Source: a virus
Reading direction: 5' to 3' (one strand)
DNA length: 64,000 nt
IMG/VR virus record: IMGVR_UViG_3300032272_000002
Location: 105,743-169,742 of that record
The notes under the pieces were generated by a model. It ran no database searches, was not told where the DNA came from, and saw only the letters and a list, made by a program, of their open reading frames with translations. Positions 63,990 to 64,000 of this stretch are shown piece after piece. Within the stretch, counting starts at the first letter, position 1, and each line of letters opens with the position of its first letter. Position numbers and translations under genes: made by a program.

Positions 63990-64000
63990 TTGTTCACCTC

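Noticed and set aside
1-64000. Stop-codon reassignment, as in some large phages
   Set aside because: Genes are full length under the standard code, and TAG, TGA and TAA all end genes at tight junctions.
1-64000. CRISPR array, tRNA genes, integrase/transposase, diversity-generating retroelement
   Set aside because: No repeat-spacer pattern, cloverleaf, recombinase or reverse transcriptase motifs were seen. Intergenic gaps are about 125 nt or less and are explained by promoters and terminators. tRNAscan was not run.

Overview
This 64-kb window is a gene-dense segment of a large tailed dsDNA bacteriophage genome. Every credible gene is on the minus strand and reads with the standard bacterial code. 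In transcription order (right to left) it holds: two glycosyltransferases (GTs); an ERCC4 nuclease; terminase large subunit; portal; prohead protease/scaffold; capsid cement and major capsid proteins; neck proteins; a 778-aa putative carbohydrate-active protein; tail tube; putative chaperones; a 1704-aa tape measure; and tail-tip proteins, including a 1694-aa LamG/PKD adhesin. No sheath gene is visible, so the phage looks siphovirus-like. A tightly coupled replication block follows (RecA, DnaB, DnaG, Cas4-like nuclease, ClpP-like protein, DnaE, SSB, sigma factor), then a seven-GT cluster and a truncated GuaB/GuaC-family gene. Main signals: (1) nine putative GTs plus strong, directional enrichment of x-Ser-Gly-(hydrophobic) motifs in predicted surface-exposed virion proteins, suggesting a phage-encoded virion O-glycosylation system; (2) a TTAGTGTAnT motif found seven times, each at a gene boundary in the virion module, a candidate late promoter for the phage sigma factor; (3) three tandem small ORFs sharing a ...GAL C-terminus; (4) a probable frameshift near the portal C-terminus. 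All family assignments come from motif recognition by eye; no database searches were run.
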